A stretch of DNA of 64,000 nucleotides from an uncultured Pseudomonadota bacterium (GCA_963805995.1 CAWDWL010000031.1:4663-68662), one strand, 5' to 3'; positions 20,701-30,411 are shown, counted from the stretch's first letter. Notes: generated by a model from the sequence alone, not told the origin. A program made the numbers and translations.

Positions 20701-22016
20701 CCGCCTATCTGAAGGAACTGGCGGTGGTGGGACTGAAGACTCCCGGCGGCGAGCAGGTCGCGGCGCTGGTGGTGCCGGCATACGCACGCGGACAAAGCCG
20801 CCGTACCGTTCACGATCAGCTTCAGGCCCACTTTGCCAAGGTCGGCGCGAGTCTCAATCCGCATAAGCGCATCCGGATTCTGCGCTTTACCGACAGCGAT
20901 TTGCCGCGCACCAGGACCCGCAAGATAAAGCGCGCCGAGGTCGCCGAGCTGCTGGGCCGGATGATTGCCCAGAGCACCGAAGACCGCCATGCCGAAGTCG
21001 ACGTGGAGCCGTGGCTGGTGGAAACTTTGTCGCAGGTGACCGCGGATGGCACCCGCATCTGCTCGGCCACGCGCCTGATCGAGGACTTGGGACTCGATTC
21101 GCTGGCGCTGGCCGAACTGGGCGAGCACGTGGCGGCGCGCACCGGACGGGAGATGACGCCGGAAGAACTGGGTAATCTGCGCACGGTGGAGGATCTCCAG
21201 CAGGCGATTGCGCAAAGCGCGAAGCGTCCCCGATTGCCTTCCTATGCGCATCTGGCGGAGCCGTACACGCCCCAGTTGCCGGGCTTGCTGCGCCGGCTGG
21301 GCGACGCCGCGGTGCGCGGCGCGCAGCGCGCACTGCTCTCGGGATGGCTGGCGCCGCGGATTATCGGACGCGGCAACGTTCCCGCCAATCGCAACGTGCT
21401 GGTGGTCGCCAACCATTGCAGCCATGTGGATTTCGCGGTGGTGCGCGGGGCGTTGGGTCCGATGGGCGATCAGCTCGTGGTGCTGGCGGCGCGCGATTAC
21501 TTCTTCAACACGCCGATCCGGCGATTCGTTGCGCATAACTTCAGCCCGCTCATTCCCTTCGATCGTGAACGCGCGCAGCTTGAATCCCTCGATCAGGCCT
21601 TGGCGCAGCTCGCCAGCGGACGCAGCGTGCTGCTGTTCCCCGAAGGCACGCGTTCGACCGACGGCGCGCTGCAGGAATTCAAAAGCGGCGCCGGCTATCT
21701 GGCGTTGCGCAGCGGATGCGACGTCTTGCCGATCCATATCAGCGGCACCCACGAGGTGCTGGGCAAGGGCAGCGTGGTGCCGCGGCATCATCCGGTGGAG
21801 GTGCGGATTGGTGGTGTAATCAGTAATCAGCGGCTGCGCGAGATTGCCGAAAGCAGCAGCGGCGCGGGCGCCTATCGCTCGGTATCGGATTTCCTGCGCT
21901 CGACCATCGCGGGCTTGCCCTTGGGTCACAAGAGTTTCAAGGAGCGCACGGGTTTGAAACATCGCGAACCGGTAAAGCATCGCCATCGCGAGCCCGCCCA
22001 CGCCCGCCAGACGTAA
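17694..22016 (+). CDS. elbD: Multifunctional fatty acyl reductase + adenylation + ACP + acyltransferase (ElbD-like ether-lipid enzyme)
   Basis: LTGATGFLGK and YSYTK (male-sterility SDR); FTSGSTGAPKG, EGYGLTE and HTGDLG (AMP-binding); LGLDSL (phosphopantetheine site); NHCSHVD and FPEGTRS (PlsC). Same domain order as Myxococcus xanthus ElbD. Confidence 0.85.
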   Translation: MSNNGNSQPAAARGGKSMPTLERALTGRRILLTGATGFLGKTFLYVLLRHHPEIERIYLLIRGDRRSSQNRYQREVVDSPALEPLRTEMGARYERYLEDRIVVVPGDISEEGLLAEGVEPFKRGQIDAVVHCAGLVNFEASLEKALVANTLGVANVIEFCRKLDAKLLHISTCYAAGSADGHRYEEDIPIDWCPDDRQTHFNVQREIRDARAAIDRIEAASREQANYAEFRDSHNDGDQREGLSEGRRKQWVEDQLKKDGLARAERWGWPNSYSYTKSMGEQLVLAARGELEVTVVRPAVIESAITDPFPGWNQGVNTSAPLTWLSGEGFRFYPARPDLVLDVIPVDMVAHPMVPILAALLLGRQEPIYQLGSSDCNPLTMKRLVELCGLANREYQRHGRGTLGKLAPHLEAIVVSKQTYDFASLTAPQFIKQAVDFAKTAAKIDSARTRRFDDRLDKLLDQIEIARSLVNVYLPYIRDLVYTFHCRNIRALYARLGAADARKHPFAPEKIDWRDYWINVHVPGLRKEIFPQLDLHTRGRVRAARRHRNLIELLETAAGKYGSRTALTAHYQSGEHASLTYREVRDRAARAALMLANRGVRPGDRVLLIGENSPDWAVAFFSILYAGAVAVPLDQQVSPDELSPICRIAEPRAALLSEAVHRRLSKTIAEMPGDIVQLEFDELARPFLMRGGAAAKPEIDRKALAAIFFTSGSTGAPKGVMLTHGNLTAEVSMLSRVFVLNEDEVVLSLLPLHHTFEFTCGMLLPLSSGSKIVHPIGVDAANLSSTLAQVRPTALIGVPALWHAIHRRILDEVESRGALVHSVFDGLRDLNRKLATDLGLNLGRLLFRAAHQALGGRLRLAVSGGAALPDRVAEFFNDLGLHLLEGYGLTEAGPVLSAAHPDEPLNPGSVGKPLVGIEVKLQTEPDAEVGEILARGPNVMAGYYRDRAATDAALKDGWLHTGDLGRFDDQGRLYIVGRAKDVIVDAGGNNVYIEEVEESYSHSAYLKELAVVGLKTPGGEQVAALVVPAYARGQSRRTVHDQLQAHFAKVGASLNPHKRIRILRFTDSDLPRTRTRKIKRAEVAELLGRMIAQSTEDRHAEVDVEPWLVETLSQVTADGTRICSATRLIEDLGLDSLALAELGEHVAARTGREMTPEELGNLRTVEDLQQAIAQSAKRPRLPSYAHLAEPYTPQLPGLLRRLGDAAVRGAQRALLSGWLAPRIIGRGNVPANRNVLVVANHCSHVDFAVVRGALGPMGDQLVVLAARDYFFNTPIRRFVAHNFSPLIPFDRERAQLESLDQALAQLASGRSVLLFPEGTRSTDGALQEFKSGAGYLALRSGCDVLPIHISGTHEVLGKGSVVPRHHPVEVRIGGVISNQRLREIAESSSGAGAYRSVSDFLRSTIAGLPLGHKSFKERTGLKHREPVKHRHREPAHARQT

Positions 22017-22126
22017 AGGGGCGCGGACAGAGTCACGCACGTTCCTTGGGCCATCGATAGCGGTGCATGGTCCGCGGACTACGGCTTTGCTTGCGCCACG
22101 AGTGAGTGGCGGGCCCTACTCACCGT

Positions 22127-25100
22127 TCACTTGAGAACGAAACTTCCATCTGGGCCATCGCCACTGCTGGTGTAAGGTAGGAACGGCGGATTGAGCGCCT
22201 GCAGGTATGATGCGCCGGGCACCGAGCCAGCCGGCGCTACAAAGGTAAACTTGGTGGCGCTTATAATTCTTAGTGGTATACGGGGAGTACCGTCGGGTTC
22301 GATACCTCCAAGATTTTTCACGACACCGGCGAACTGAGTATTGAAGAGGTTGATTACAGTCAGCGGGGAGAAGCCGCTTCCAACAACCGTAATGGTCGAT
22401 CCCGACTGGGCGAGCGAAATTACCGAGATTTTAGCTCCGATCGAAACCGAGACCGCGTTGCTTTTTTTGGTATAGGCATTGGAAGTCCCGGCGTTGCTCA
22501 CTACAAACGAGCCGGGGCCAGTTAGCGGCGACTTGGGCATCCCGGTCGCCGGCAGCGGGAAGATCAGCAGCGAAGCGCTCAGCCCCACGTCACCCGGCTT
22601 GAGGAAGAACGGTCCGACCTTACCACCGGGGCAGGCGCAGAACAGGTCGATCCCTACGCCATTGGCGATGTCAAAACCGCTGCCGCCCAGGTGCACATTT
22701 GTCCCTTGCGAGACCACGGTCTCGACGTTGTTGGTGGCATAGCTCGGATCGCTGCTGGTCGCCGCCAAGGGAATACTGTTGATGGTTTTGATGGTCGGAA
22801 TTCCCGCCGCGGGCGAGCCTTGCAGCAGGGCCGGCACCGAATTGGACCCCAGGTACCCCGCGTCCGTATTGACGACCTGCACATCGACAAAGCCTCGGCC
22901 CAGCGTGGTCGTGGCCGGGACACTGACCGTGAGTTGAGTCGGCAGACTAGTTGTGGTCGGAATCAAGGGACCGGCATTGACAACTCCACCCGACGTGGCA
23001 ATGAAGAAGTTGACCACCGAGCCTTTGGTGAAGCTGGTCCCGACGATATTGAACGTCGAACCCACCTCAACAATTGCGGGGATGTTTGCGATCTGCGGCG
23101 TGCCTGGAACAACCGTAGCGGTTGCGCTGGGTGTTGGAATAGCGGTCGGCGTCGGCGTGCCGGCGGGAGTTTCGGTTGCCGTCGATGTTGGTGTGAGCAC
23201 TCCGGTTGGCATTGGCGTCGGGATCGCTGATGGAGTGGGAGTAGCCGGTACCTGACCAGCTCCGGTCAACATAACCCTACGCGGACCGTTGGCATCGTCG
23301 TCGTCGACGGTCAACGTAGCGCTGCGAGGACCAGCAGCCGCTGGCGTGAAGGTAACAATAATAGTGCAACTCGCGCCTGCCGGTAGGGACGATGGACACG
23401 AATTGGCCTGGGAGAAGTCGCCGCCGGCGGTGATAGTCGACACTGAGAGCGTAGTGGTCTGATGGTTGGTCAAGGTGACATCCTGGTTGGTATGGCTGCC
23501 CAGCGGTTTGGTACCAAAGTCGACACTGGTGGGAAGCGCGGTCACGGGTTGGAACTCATAGGCGCCCATGTCGATGATGAAGGTTTTCTTGCCGGAGCCG
23601 TCAACGACGCGCGGTAGGCCGTCCAGATCGGTGGGTAAAAGATTGGGCGCGGAATTCAGTCCTACGTCGATTCCCGGCGACCCGGCCACCAGACGGTAGT
23701 TGCTTAAAGCCGCGTTCACAAATTGCGGTTGCACCGAAATATTTCCCGATACGCCAACCTGTCCCGCGCAGCTCCCATCAAATGCCGTTGCGCCAACGCT
23801 GAATGCATCGTTATTGTGGAATCCCGGTGGCGTCGATTTTGGATCGCAGAAGACCGCGTTTTCCGTCGCCCTCCCGATCAATAGGTTGTTGACCATCGCG
23901 GCGTCCGCAGAAAAACCTTCTAGATAAACGGCCGAACCTTTACCCAGATTGGCGCGATTATTAACAATTGTATTGTTTACCAAAATCGGAGTTGAACTAA
24001 AGAGCCGCACATATATGCCGCCGCCCTGATCCGCGGTGTTATCAATGATGAGGTTTTGGAGCATTATCGGGTTCGAATCGGATTCCATCGACACACCGCC
24101 ACCTTGAGCAGCGGGAGAAACGTCGCCGACGGTGTTGCCGATGATGATGTTATTTTCGATAATCGGCGTTCCGGCATCGCTCAAATCAATTCCGCCACCA
24201 TTTCCGGGCCAGGAGTTCTCCTCGATGATGTTTGACAAGATTTGGGCGGAGCCGGGGTCGTTCAATTCGATTCCACCACCTCCCGCTCCTCCGATGCATC
24301 CGGTTTGTTGTCCGTTGTTCGAGATGACGTTGTTCATAATTATGGCAGACGATAATTGAGCAAAGATCCCTCCGCCTCCACCGCATCCATTATTATGCGT
24401 GATTACATTCCCGGAGATGGTTGGAGAGCTGTTCACGATATCGATGCCACCGCCGTTAGAGGGGAGGCCTGAAGTCTGACCATTTGTAATAGTAAAACCG
24501 GATAGGACGGAACCGTTCCCCTCGGTTGAGTGAAATACCACCACAGGTCCTTGCTGACGGCCGTCGATGGCTGTCGCGTTGGGGCCGTCCGAGCTGATTA
24601 CGGTGATAAGCTTACCCTCGAAATCGAGGTTCTCAAAATAAGTTCCGGGAGATACTTTGACGATGTCGCCGTTGGATGCAGCGTCAATTCCGGCTTGGAT
24701 GGTGGGAAAGTCGCCGGGAACGTCTAGGACCATGGCCACGGCAGTCGGGGTTGCGGAGGGAGTCGGAATGGGAGTCGCAGAAGCCTGGCCGATTCCGTTC
24801 AGCGCAACCTTACGCGGACCGTTAGTGTCGTCGTCGTCAATGGTGAGCGCGGCGGTGCTGGGACCCAAGGCGGTCGGCGTAAAGATAACCGCAATAGTGC
24901 AACTTGCGCCTGCCGGCAGGAAGGATGGGCAAGAATTGGTTTGGGAGAAATCGCCGCCAGCCGTGATCGTCGACACTGACAGCGCAGCCGTCTGGTGGTT
25001 GATTAGAGTGACGTTCTGGCTGGTATGACTGTTGAGTGTTTGTGTTCCGAAGTCGATACTGGTCGGAAGAGCCGTCACCGGTTGGAACTCATAGACGCCC

Positions 25101-26365
25101 ATGTCGATGATGAAGGTCTTTTTGCCGGAGCCGTCAACGATGCGGGGCAGGCCGTCCAGATCGGTGGGTAAAAGATGGGGCGCGGAGTTCAGGCCCACAT
25201 CGATTCCCGGCGACCCGGCCACCAGGCGGTAGTTGTTTTGGGATTCGTTAACAAATTGCGGCGGGGCCGAAATGTTCCCCGAGACTCCAATCTGACCTGC
25301 GCAGCTTCCGTCAAAACCCTTGGCCAAAACGCTGAAAGCATCGTTGTTTTCAAAATTCGGCGGGCCTGAGGTCGGATCGCACAAGACGGCAGTCTCGCGA
25401 ATCAGGCCAATGAACAGATTGTTTACGAACTCGGCGCCAAAGCCCAGAGTATAAATTGCAGAGGCTTGCCCCTGCGCGGCGGTATTCATGGCTATTGTGT
25501 TGCTCACAAAAGTCGTCGTGGCACCGGAAGGAGCGTCCAAATATATACCGCCACCGATGGCCGCCTCATTGTTGACAATCAGATTCTGAACTATCGTGGC
25601 GTCACTGTCGTAGATGGTCATTGCGCCGCCCTGACCGCTGAAAAGATCGGCGCGGTTACTGATAATCGTATTGCTCTCGATCAGCGGACTCCCAATACCG
25701 ATAGACAAGCCGCCTCCACTGCCATTGCGCACGGAGTTGTTGACAATTAAATTCGACAAAATCATTGGGGAACCACCGCTCAAAGATATCCCGCCCCCTT
25801 CACCTCCCGAACATTCCACGACGCTATTGTTGCTGATGGTGTTGTTCTGTATTAGCGGCGATCCTGATTCAACTGCGATCCCGGCCCCATTACAGGCGCC
25901 ATTGTTCGTAATGACGTTTCCGGAGATAGTCGGGGAAGCATGGTTGATAAAAATTCCTCCGCCGTTATAACCGGTATTGAAAGTTGACGTTCCGTTGGTG
26001 AGTGTAAATCCCGTTAATGCTGCCGCGGTGGTTTCGCCAGAGGTGAAAGTGACCACCGGCGCTATATCGCCCCCGTTTATGGTAGTGATAGCAGGGCCGC
26101 CTGAGCTGATAACCGTGATCCGCTTGCCATTGAAGTTTATATTTTCAACATAGGTTCCCGGCGAGACTTCGACCGTATCGCCGTTGGACGCCAAATCGAT
26201 GCCCGCCTGGATGGTCGGCGCGTCACCTGGAACATCGATCACCTTGGCCCAGCACTCGAGCTGTCCGAGGACAAGTGCCACCGTTGCTGTCAAAAGAGCG
26301 AACAAAAACAGGTTTGGTCGCAAGAGCATGCGCACCTGAATACGCCATCTACTGAATTTAATCAA
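22127..26365 (-). CDS. Large secreted protein: 2x (right-handed beta-helix + choice-of-anchor/ASH-like Ig domain), Pro/Thr linker, ~330-aa C-terminal Ig-like region
   Basis: Signal-like N-terminus; VPGD.PTIQAGID..SNGD.V.VSPGTY.EN occurs twice; GGGI/NN repeats; IDMG.YEFQP twice; TPTPT linker. Start may be downstream (MLLRPNL). Confidence 0.85.
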   Translation of the reverse strand: MIKFSRWRIQVRMLLRPNLFLFALLTATVALVLGQLECWAKVIDVPGDAPTIQAGIDLASNGDTVEVSPGTYVENINFNGKRITVISSGGPAITTINGGDIAPVVTFTSGETTAAALTGFTLTNGTSTFNTGYNGGGIFINHASPTISGNVITNNGACNGAGIAVESGSPLIQNNTISNNSVVECSGGEGGGISLSGGSPMILSNLIVNNSVRNGSGGGLSIGIGSPLIESNTIISNRADLFSGQGGAMTIYDSDATIVQNLIVNNEAAIGGGIYLDAPSGATTTFVSNTIAMNTAAQGQASAIYTLGFGAEFVNNLFIGLIRETAVLCDPTSGPPNFENNDAFSVLAKGFDGSCAGQIGVSGNISAPPQFVNESQNNYRLVAGSPGIDVGLNSAPHLLPTDLDGLPRIVDGSGKKTFIIDMGVYEFQPVTALPTSIDFGTQTLNSHTSQNVTLINHQTAALSVSTITAGGDFSQTNSCPSFLPAGASCTIAVIFTPTALGPSTAALTIDDDDTNGPRKVALNGIGQASATPIPTPSATPTAVAMVLDVPGDFPTIQAGIDAASNGDIVKVSPGTYFENLDFEGKLITVISSDGPNATAIDGRQQGPVVVFHSTEGNGSVLSGFTITNGQTSGLPSNGGGIDIVNSSPTISGNVITHNNGCGGGGGIFAQLSSAIIMNNVISNNGQQTGCIGGAGGGGIELNDPGSAQILSNIIEENSWPGNGGGIDLSDAGTPIIENNIIIGNTVGDVSPAAQGGGVSMESDSNPIMLQNLIIDNTADQGGGIYVRLFSSTPILVNNTIVNNRANLGKGSAVYLEGFSADAAMVNNLLIGRATENAVFCDPKSTPPGFHNNDAFSVGATAFDGSCAGQVGVSGNISVQPQFVNAALSNYRLVAGSPGIDVGLNSAPNLLPTDLDGLPRVVDGSGKKTFIIDMGAYEFQPVTALPTSVDFGTKPLGSHTNQDVTLTNHQTTTLSVSTITAGGDFSQANSCPSSLPAGASCTIIVTFTPAAAGPRSATLTVDDDDANGPRRVMLTGAGQVPATPTPSAIPTPMPTGVLTPTSTATETPAGTPTPTAIPTPSATATVVPGTPQIANIPAIVEVGSTFNIVGTSFTKGSVVNFFIATSGGVVNAGPLIPTTTSLPTQLTVSVPATTTLGRGFVDVQVVNTDAGYLGSNSVPALLQGSPAAGIPTIKTINSIPLAATSSDPSYATNNVETVVSQGTNVHLGGSGFDIANGVGIDLFCACPGGKVGPFFLKPGDVGLSASLLIFPLPATGMPKSPLTGPGSFVVSNAGTSNAYTKKSNAVSVSIGAKISVISLAQSGSTITVVGSGFSPLTVINLFNTQFAGVVKNLGGIEPDGTPRIPLRIISATKFTFVAPAGSVPGASYLQALNPPFLPYTSSGDGPDGSFVLK
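23255..26245 (-). repeat. Intragenic tandem duplication of a ~1.5-kb module
   Basis: Near-identical DNA, e.g. 23548-23702 versus 25081-25235 (offset about 1533 nt, in frame). Confidence 0.85.
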
Positions 26366-26674
26366 ATATTTATTATGTGGGGATAAATAATTTAATCAAA
26401 TGGCACCTTTTCAAGTATCCTTTAGTCCGCTGGTACTTCTTTTTCCAAAGTTCACTCGATCTGTAGGATGAAAAGTTCCTTTGAAGTCAGTCCTCACCGG
26501 CAGAGCACAACAGTCGTCACTTCGTAAGAATGTTTCGAGATAGCCTGATTGATTGGATGAACAGGGGGGATTTTGGCGAGCCGTCGCATCCTGCGCCTTT
26601 CTTTCGATATTCGAAGTCAGCCGGACCTTTCCTTCAATCGCGGTGCTCGTGACGGCAAGCGGCCGTTTTTCCGA

Positions 26675-28078
26675 TCAGCGCTGGCGGTCCGCAGCTTTTA
26701 GTTTTTCGCTGACCTGCATCGCGTTTAGCGCGGCGGTATAGCGGACCTTGTAAACCTCGGGTCTTTCCAGAGACTTGTGCTTCGGATCCAGTTTGGCGAA
26801 GCCGGCGAGAAATTCTTCCCGCGCTTGCCCCAAGGTCTGCGCAGACTCAATCCGGTGCCCATCCTGGACTGCTGGTCTGAGCAACTCGGTGATCTGATCG
26901 GAGGTTGGTCTGAACTCGCGCGCAACCGTGGCGGTGCTCTCTTCGATCGCCCCAATCAAATCGAGATAGGGCGCGCCGGCGCGGCTCCAGGCGCGGAACA
27001 CCTGCTTGCGGCCGGGCAGGGTCAACTTGTTGCGCGAGGTCTTGACCCGCGGTTTCGCGGCGTACTCGACCAGCTTGTAGGTCATGTCGAGCGCCGGCGC
27101 ATCCGCGCTGACCACCATCGCGGTGCCTACGCCGAAGGCGTCGATGGGCGCCTTGTTCCTGACCAGCTCGGCAATCGCGTATTCGTCCAGGTTGCCGCTG
27201 GCGAAGATTGAGGTTTGGGTCAGGCCGTGGCCGTCCAGCGACTTGCGCACGCGCTTGCTCAAATCGGCCAAATCGCCACTGTCCAAACGCACGCCGAGCA
27301 GTTCCACGCCGGTGGGCTTCAGTTCCAACGCCACCTGTGCGGCGTTTTCCGCGCCCTTGATGGTGTCGTAGGTATCAATCAGCAGCGTGCTGAGCTTGGG
27401 AAAACTGCGGACGAAGTTGGAGAAAGCATCGCGCTCGCGGTCGTGCGCCATGACGTAGCTGTGCGCCATCGTGCCGTAGATCGGAATTCCGTAACGCTTG
27501 CCCGCCAGCACGTTGGCGGAGCCGTTGAAGCCGGCCAGGTAGCTGGAGCGCGCGGCGACCAGGCCGGCGTCGGCGCCCTGGCATCGGCGCAGACCGAATT
27601 CAATCAGCCGCCGCCCCGCGGCCGCGCCGTAGCAGCGCGCCGCCTTGCTCGCGATCAGCGTGGCCACGCCGATTTGATTTATCGCCAGGGTCTCGAGCAT
27701 CTGCGCCTCAATCAGCGGCGCATCGACTTCCAGAATCGGTTCCTCGCCGAAGACGAGGGTGCCCTCAGGCATCGCGCGGATATTGCCAGTGAAGCGGAAG
27801 CGGCTTAGGTAGTCGAGGAACTCAGGCTTGAAGAGCTGGAGCGAATCCAGGTATGCGAGCGCGGCGTGGTCGAATCGCAGGGCCTCGATCGCTTGGAAGA
27901 AACGCTCCAGGCCGGCCGCCACGAGATAGCCGCGGCGCTGCGGCAGACGCCGGACCGACAGGCTGAAACAGGCGGGCTCGTTGAAACCGTGCTCCAGGTA
28001 GCTGGCCGCCATCGTGAGTTCGTAAAGGTCGGTCAGCAGGGCAACTTCTTCCTGAGCGAGATGCAAGTCGCTGGTCAT
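26675..28078 (-). CDS. pncB: Nicotinate phosphoribosyltransferase
   Basis: LLTDLYELTM, EFGLRR, GTMAHS, LIDTYD, VRLDSGD, FGVGT and YKLV motifs. Confidence 0.95.
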   Translation of the reverse strand: MTSDLHLAQEEVALLTDLYELTMAASYLEHGFNEPACFSLSVRRLPQRRGYLVAAGLERFFQAIEALRFDHAALAYLDSLQLFKPEFLDYLSRFRFTGNIRAMPEGTLVFGEEPILEVDAPLIEAQMLETLAINQIGVATLIASKAARCYGAAAGRRLIEFGLRRCQGADAGLVAARSSYLAGFNGSANVLAGKRYGIPIYGTMAHSYVMAHDRERDAFSNFVRSFPKLSTLLIDTYDTIKGAENAAQVALELKPTGVELLGVRLDSGDLADLSKRVRKSLDGHGLTQTSIFASGNLDEYAIAELVRNKAPIDAFGVGTAMVVSADAPALDMTYKLVEYAAKPRVKTSRNKLTLPGRKQVFRAWSRAGAPYLDLIGAIEESTATVAREFRPTSDQITELLRPAVQDGHRIESAQTLGQAREEFLAGFAKLDPKHKSLERPEVYKVRYTAALNAMQVSEKLKAADRQR

Positions 28079-28442
28079 AGTGCCGCAATCATGCGTTGCG
28101 GGTCGCGTTTAAATCAACCGGGTCGCGGCGTTTCGAGGCGGCGATATGCCGGGCAAAGATAATCGCGCATTCACATCGTCCGTATGCGCATCGCGAATGT
28201 TTGTATAGCAGTCACCCTCGCGCTCTTCCACGCAGCCTGTGGGCGCCGAATCGCAGCAGGGCTGTAAAATTTTCAGCCTGCAGTGTTAGTCCAGCCGCGA
28301 TGCGCTGTGCGGATTGCGCTGACGCTCATGAAAATCGGCGAAATCGGGCGCTGAGGCGACGCTATTGTGCTCGGCAGGTTCTGACTTCGACGGCATGAGG
28401 TTTGCGTTTCACATCGTGGTGAGGAAGGAAGGAGTGGCCGAT

Positions 28443-29000
28443 ATGATACGGGGGCCGAATGGAGCGACGTGGAAGTCGGCGCGCACCTTGGGACTGGCTT
28501 TATCGATGCGCGAGAACCTCGGCTGTTTGCTCGGGGTATTATCATTGGCCTTGTCGATCCCGGGATGCGCGATGAACTCGAACAACAATTACGCGGCAGC
28601 TCCGCCACCACCGCCATCGCCGCCCCCAGCCGCGATCGCCAAGGTCGCGCCGCCGCCGGTCCCGGCGAAGCCCAAGCCGGCGGAAACTATTGGGCTGGCC
28701 TCCTGGTATGGTCCCGGCATGGAGGGACACAAGACCGCAACCGGAGAGCGTTTCTCCTCCCGAAAGCTGACTGCCGCCGCAAAGAACTTGCCCTTGGGCG
28801 CGCGCGTGATCGTGACCAACCCCGCCAACGGGCGCACGACCAAAGTGAGAATTAACGATTGCGGACCGTTCAAACCGGGCCGGAACATAGACCTGTCAAA
28901 AAAAGCGGCGCGGCAGATTGGGATCATCCACGACGGGACTGCCCGGGTGAAAGTTAACGTGATCGCAGTGCCGCCCGGAGCTTCTACCTGCGATTTGTAG
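28443..29000 (+). CDS. rlpA: Septal ring lytic transglycosylase RlpA family lipoprotein
   Basis: Lipobox-like SIPG-C, Pro-rich linker, GLASWYG...TATGERF...LTAA...LPLG...VRINDCGPF...IDLS. RBS before ATG 28443. Confidence 0.88.
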   Translation: MIRGPNGATWKSARTLGLALSMRENLGCLLGVLSLALSIPGCAMNSNNNYAAAPPPPPSPPPAAIAKVAPPPVPAKPKPAETIGLASWYGPGMEGHKTATGERFSSRKLTAAAKNLPLGARVIVTNPANGRTTKVRINDCGPFKPGRNIDLSKKAARQIGIIHDGTARVKVNVIAVPPGASTCDL

Positions 29001-29059
29001 CCGGCCCGTGCTATCCGCCTCGCGTGAATCAAGCGTTGCCGCAAACACCGCTGTTCCTG

Positions 29060-30220
29060 CTAGCGGCCTTTGGACATCAGCCGATTGCGCATCGCCGGGT
29101 CGACCGCGGCATCAATGGCCGCCCACGCCAAAGCCAGCGCGCCGTCGAAAATGGCTTGGTCGGCATCCTCGGTGACGCAATGCGCGGCGAACTCCGGCTG
29201 ATGGTTGGAGGCTGGCAGCGAGTTGATTCCAATAATCGGATGAATCGCGGGGACCCGATGCGACACGTTGGCCATGTCCGTCGAAGCGGAAAACTGGCTG
29301 GCGATGGAATCGTGGAATTTACGGCCCAGCGTTTGCGCATTGAGCTGATAGAGCGCGCCCAACTCCACATCGTGAATCATGTCGGCGTAGGACCTGTCGC
29401 CGCCCTTCAACTCCACCGTGCAGCCGGTCGCAATCGCACCCGCCTCGAAGCATTGCCGCACCCGGGGCATCAACTTCTCCAATTGTGCCTTGGTCGGCGC
29501 ACGCACCATGTAACGCGCTGAAGTATGCGCCGGTACGACATTAGCCGCGTCGCCGCCGTGCGTTACGATTCCGTGGATCCGCTCAGTATGCCGGATATGC
29601 TGGCGCAGCAACCCGATTGCCGTTTGCGCTACCACCAGCGCATCAGCGGCGTTGATGCCCCGCTCCGGAAAAGCCGACGCGTGAGCTTCCTTGCCGGTAT
29701 AGAAGACGTCGAACGTCGCCGCCGCGATCAATGACGGCAGCAGCGCGTCCACCGGCCCCGGATGCACCATCATCGCCGCGTGCACGCCGTCAAACGCACC
29801 GCGCTCGAGCATCACCACCTTGCCGGCAGCATCGCCAACTTCCTCGGCGGGCGTACCGAGCAGGCTGACCGTGACGCCGGCGTCGTCAGCCACCTGGGCC
29901 AGCGCGAGCGCCGCCCCGACGCTGGCCGCGGCGATAATATTATGGCCGCAGGCGTGACCGATGTCGGGCAGGCAGTCATATTCGGCACAAAAGGCGATGT
30001 GTAGCGGACCCGAACCGAAGCGCGCGCTCAGCGCGGTGGGCAGATCGCATACTCCGCGATTTACCGTGAAGCCAGCCTCGGCGAGCAAATCTGCCACCCA
30101 CGCCGACGCCTTCTCCTCCTGCCACCCCAGTTCGGGATGGGCGTGAATCTTATGACTCAACTCGATCAGGCTTTCGCGAGCGGTCTCGAGTCGCCGGCGC
30201 GCCGCGGTTTTGACGTCCAT
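29060..30220 (-). CDS. M20 family amidohydrolase
   Basis: HAHPELGWQE, AEYDCLP, GHACGHN, GTPAEE, MMVHP and STDMANVS motifs. Confidence 0.92.
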   Translation of the reverse strand: MDVKTAARRRLETARESLIELSHKIHAHPELGWQEEKASAWVADLLAEAGFTVNRGVCDLPTALSARFGSGPLHIAFCAEYDCLPDIGHACGHNIIAAASVGAALALAQVADDAGVTVSLLGTPAEEVGDAAGKVVMLERGAFDGVHAAMMVHPGPVDALLPSLIAAATFDVFYTGKEAHASAFPERGINAADALVVAQTAIGLLRQHIRHTERIHGIVTHGGDAANVVPAHTSARYMVRAPTKAQLEKLMPRVRQCFEAGAIATGCTVELKGGDRSYADMIHDVELGALYQLNAQTLGRKFHDSIASQFSASTDMANVSHRVPAIHPIIGINSLPASNHQPEFAAHCVTEDADQAIFDGALALAWAAIDAAVDPAMRNRLMSKGR

Positions 30221-30411
30221 CAAGTAAACTCCTCTGGACCGCTCAGGGGCCAATTTTCCGAATTCTTCTTATTCCGGTCCGCACCCGTTCGTCCATACTT
30301 ACATCGGCGCGCCATGATCGAATAGCTTAAGACCGCACGCTGGCGAAGTCGGATTCGGTACTTTTTCGACAGTCTGAGTGCGCGTAAATGGTTATACCTT
30401 CCCTGCCAGGC

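Noticed and set aside
19605-22040. 811-aa minus-strand ORF
   Set aside because: Antisense shadow of the ElbD-like gene caused by GC3 codon bias; no motifs.
28079-28442. Possible NAD riboswitch or NrtR box upstream of pncB
   Set aside because: Only a generic hairpin (~28256-28281) is visible; no consensus I can support without an Rfam scan.
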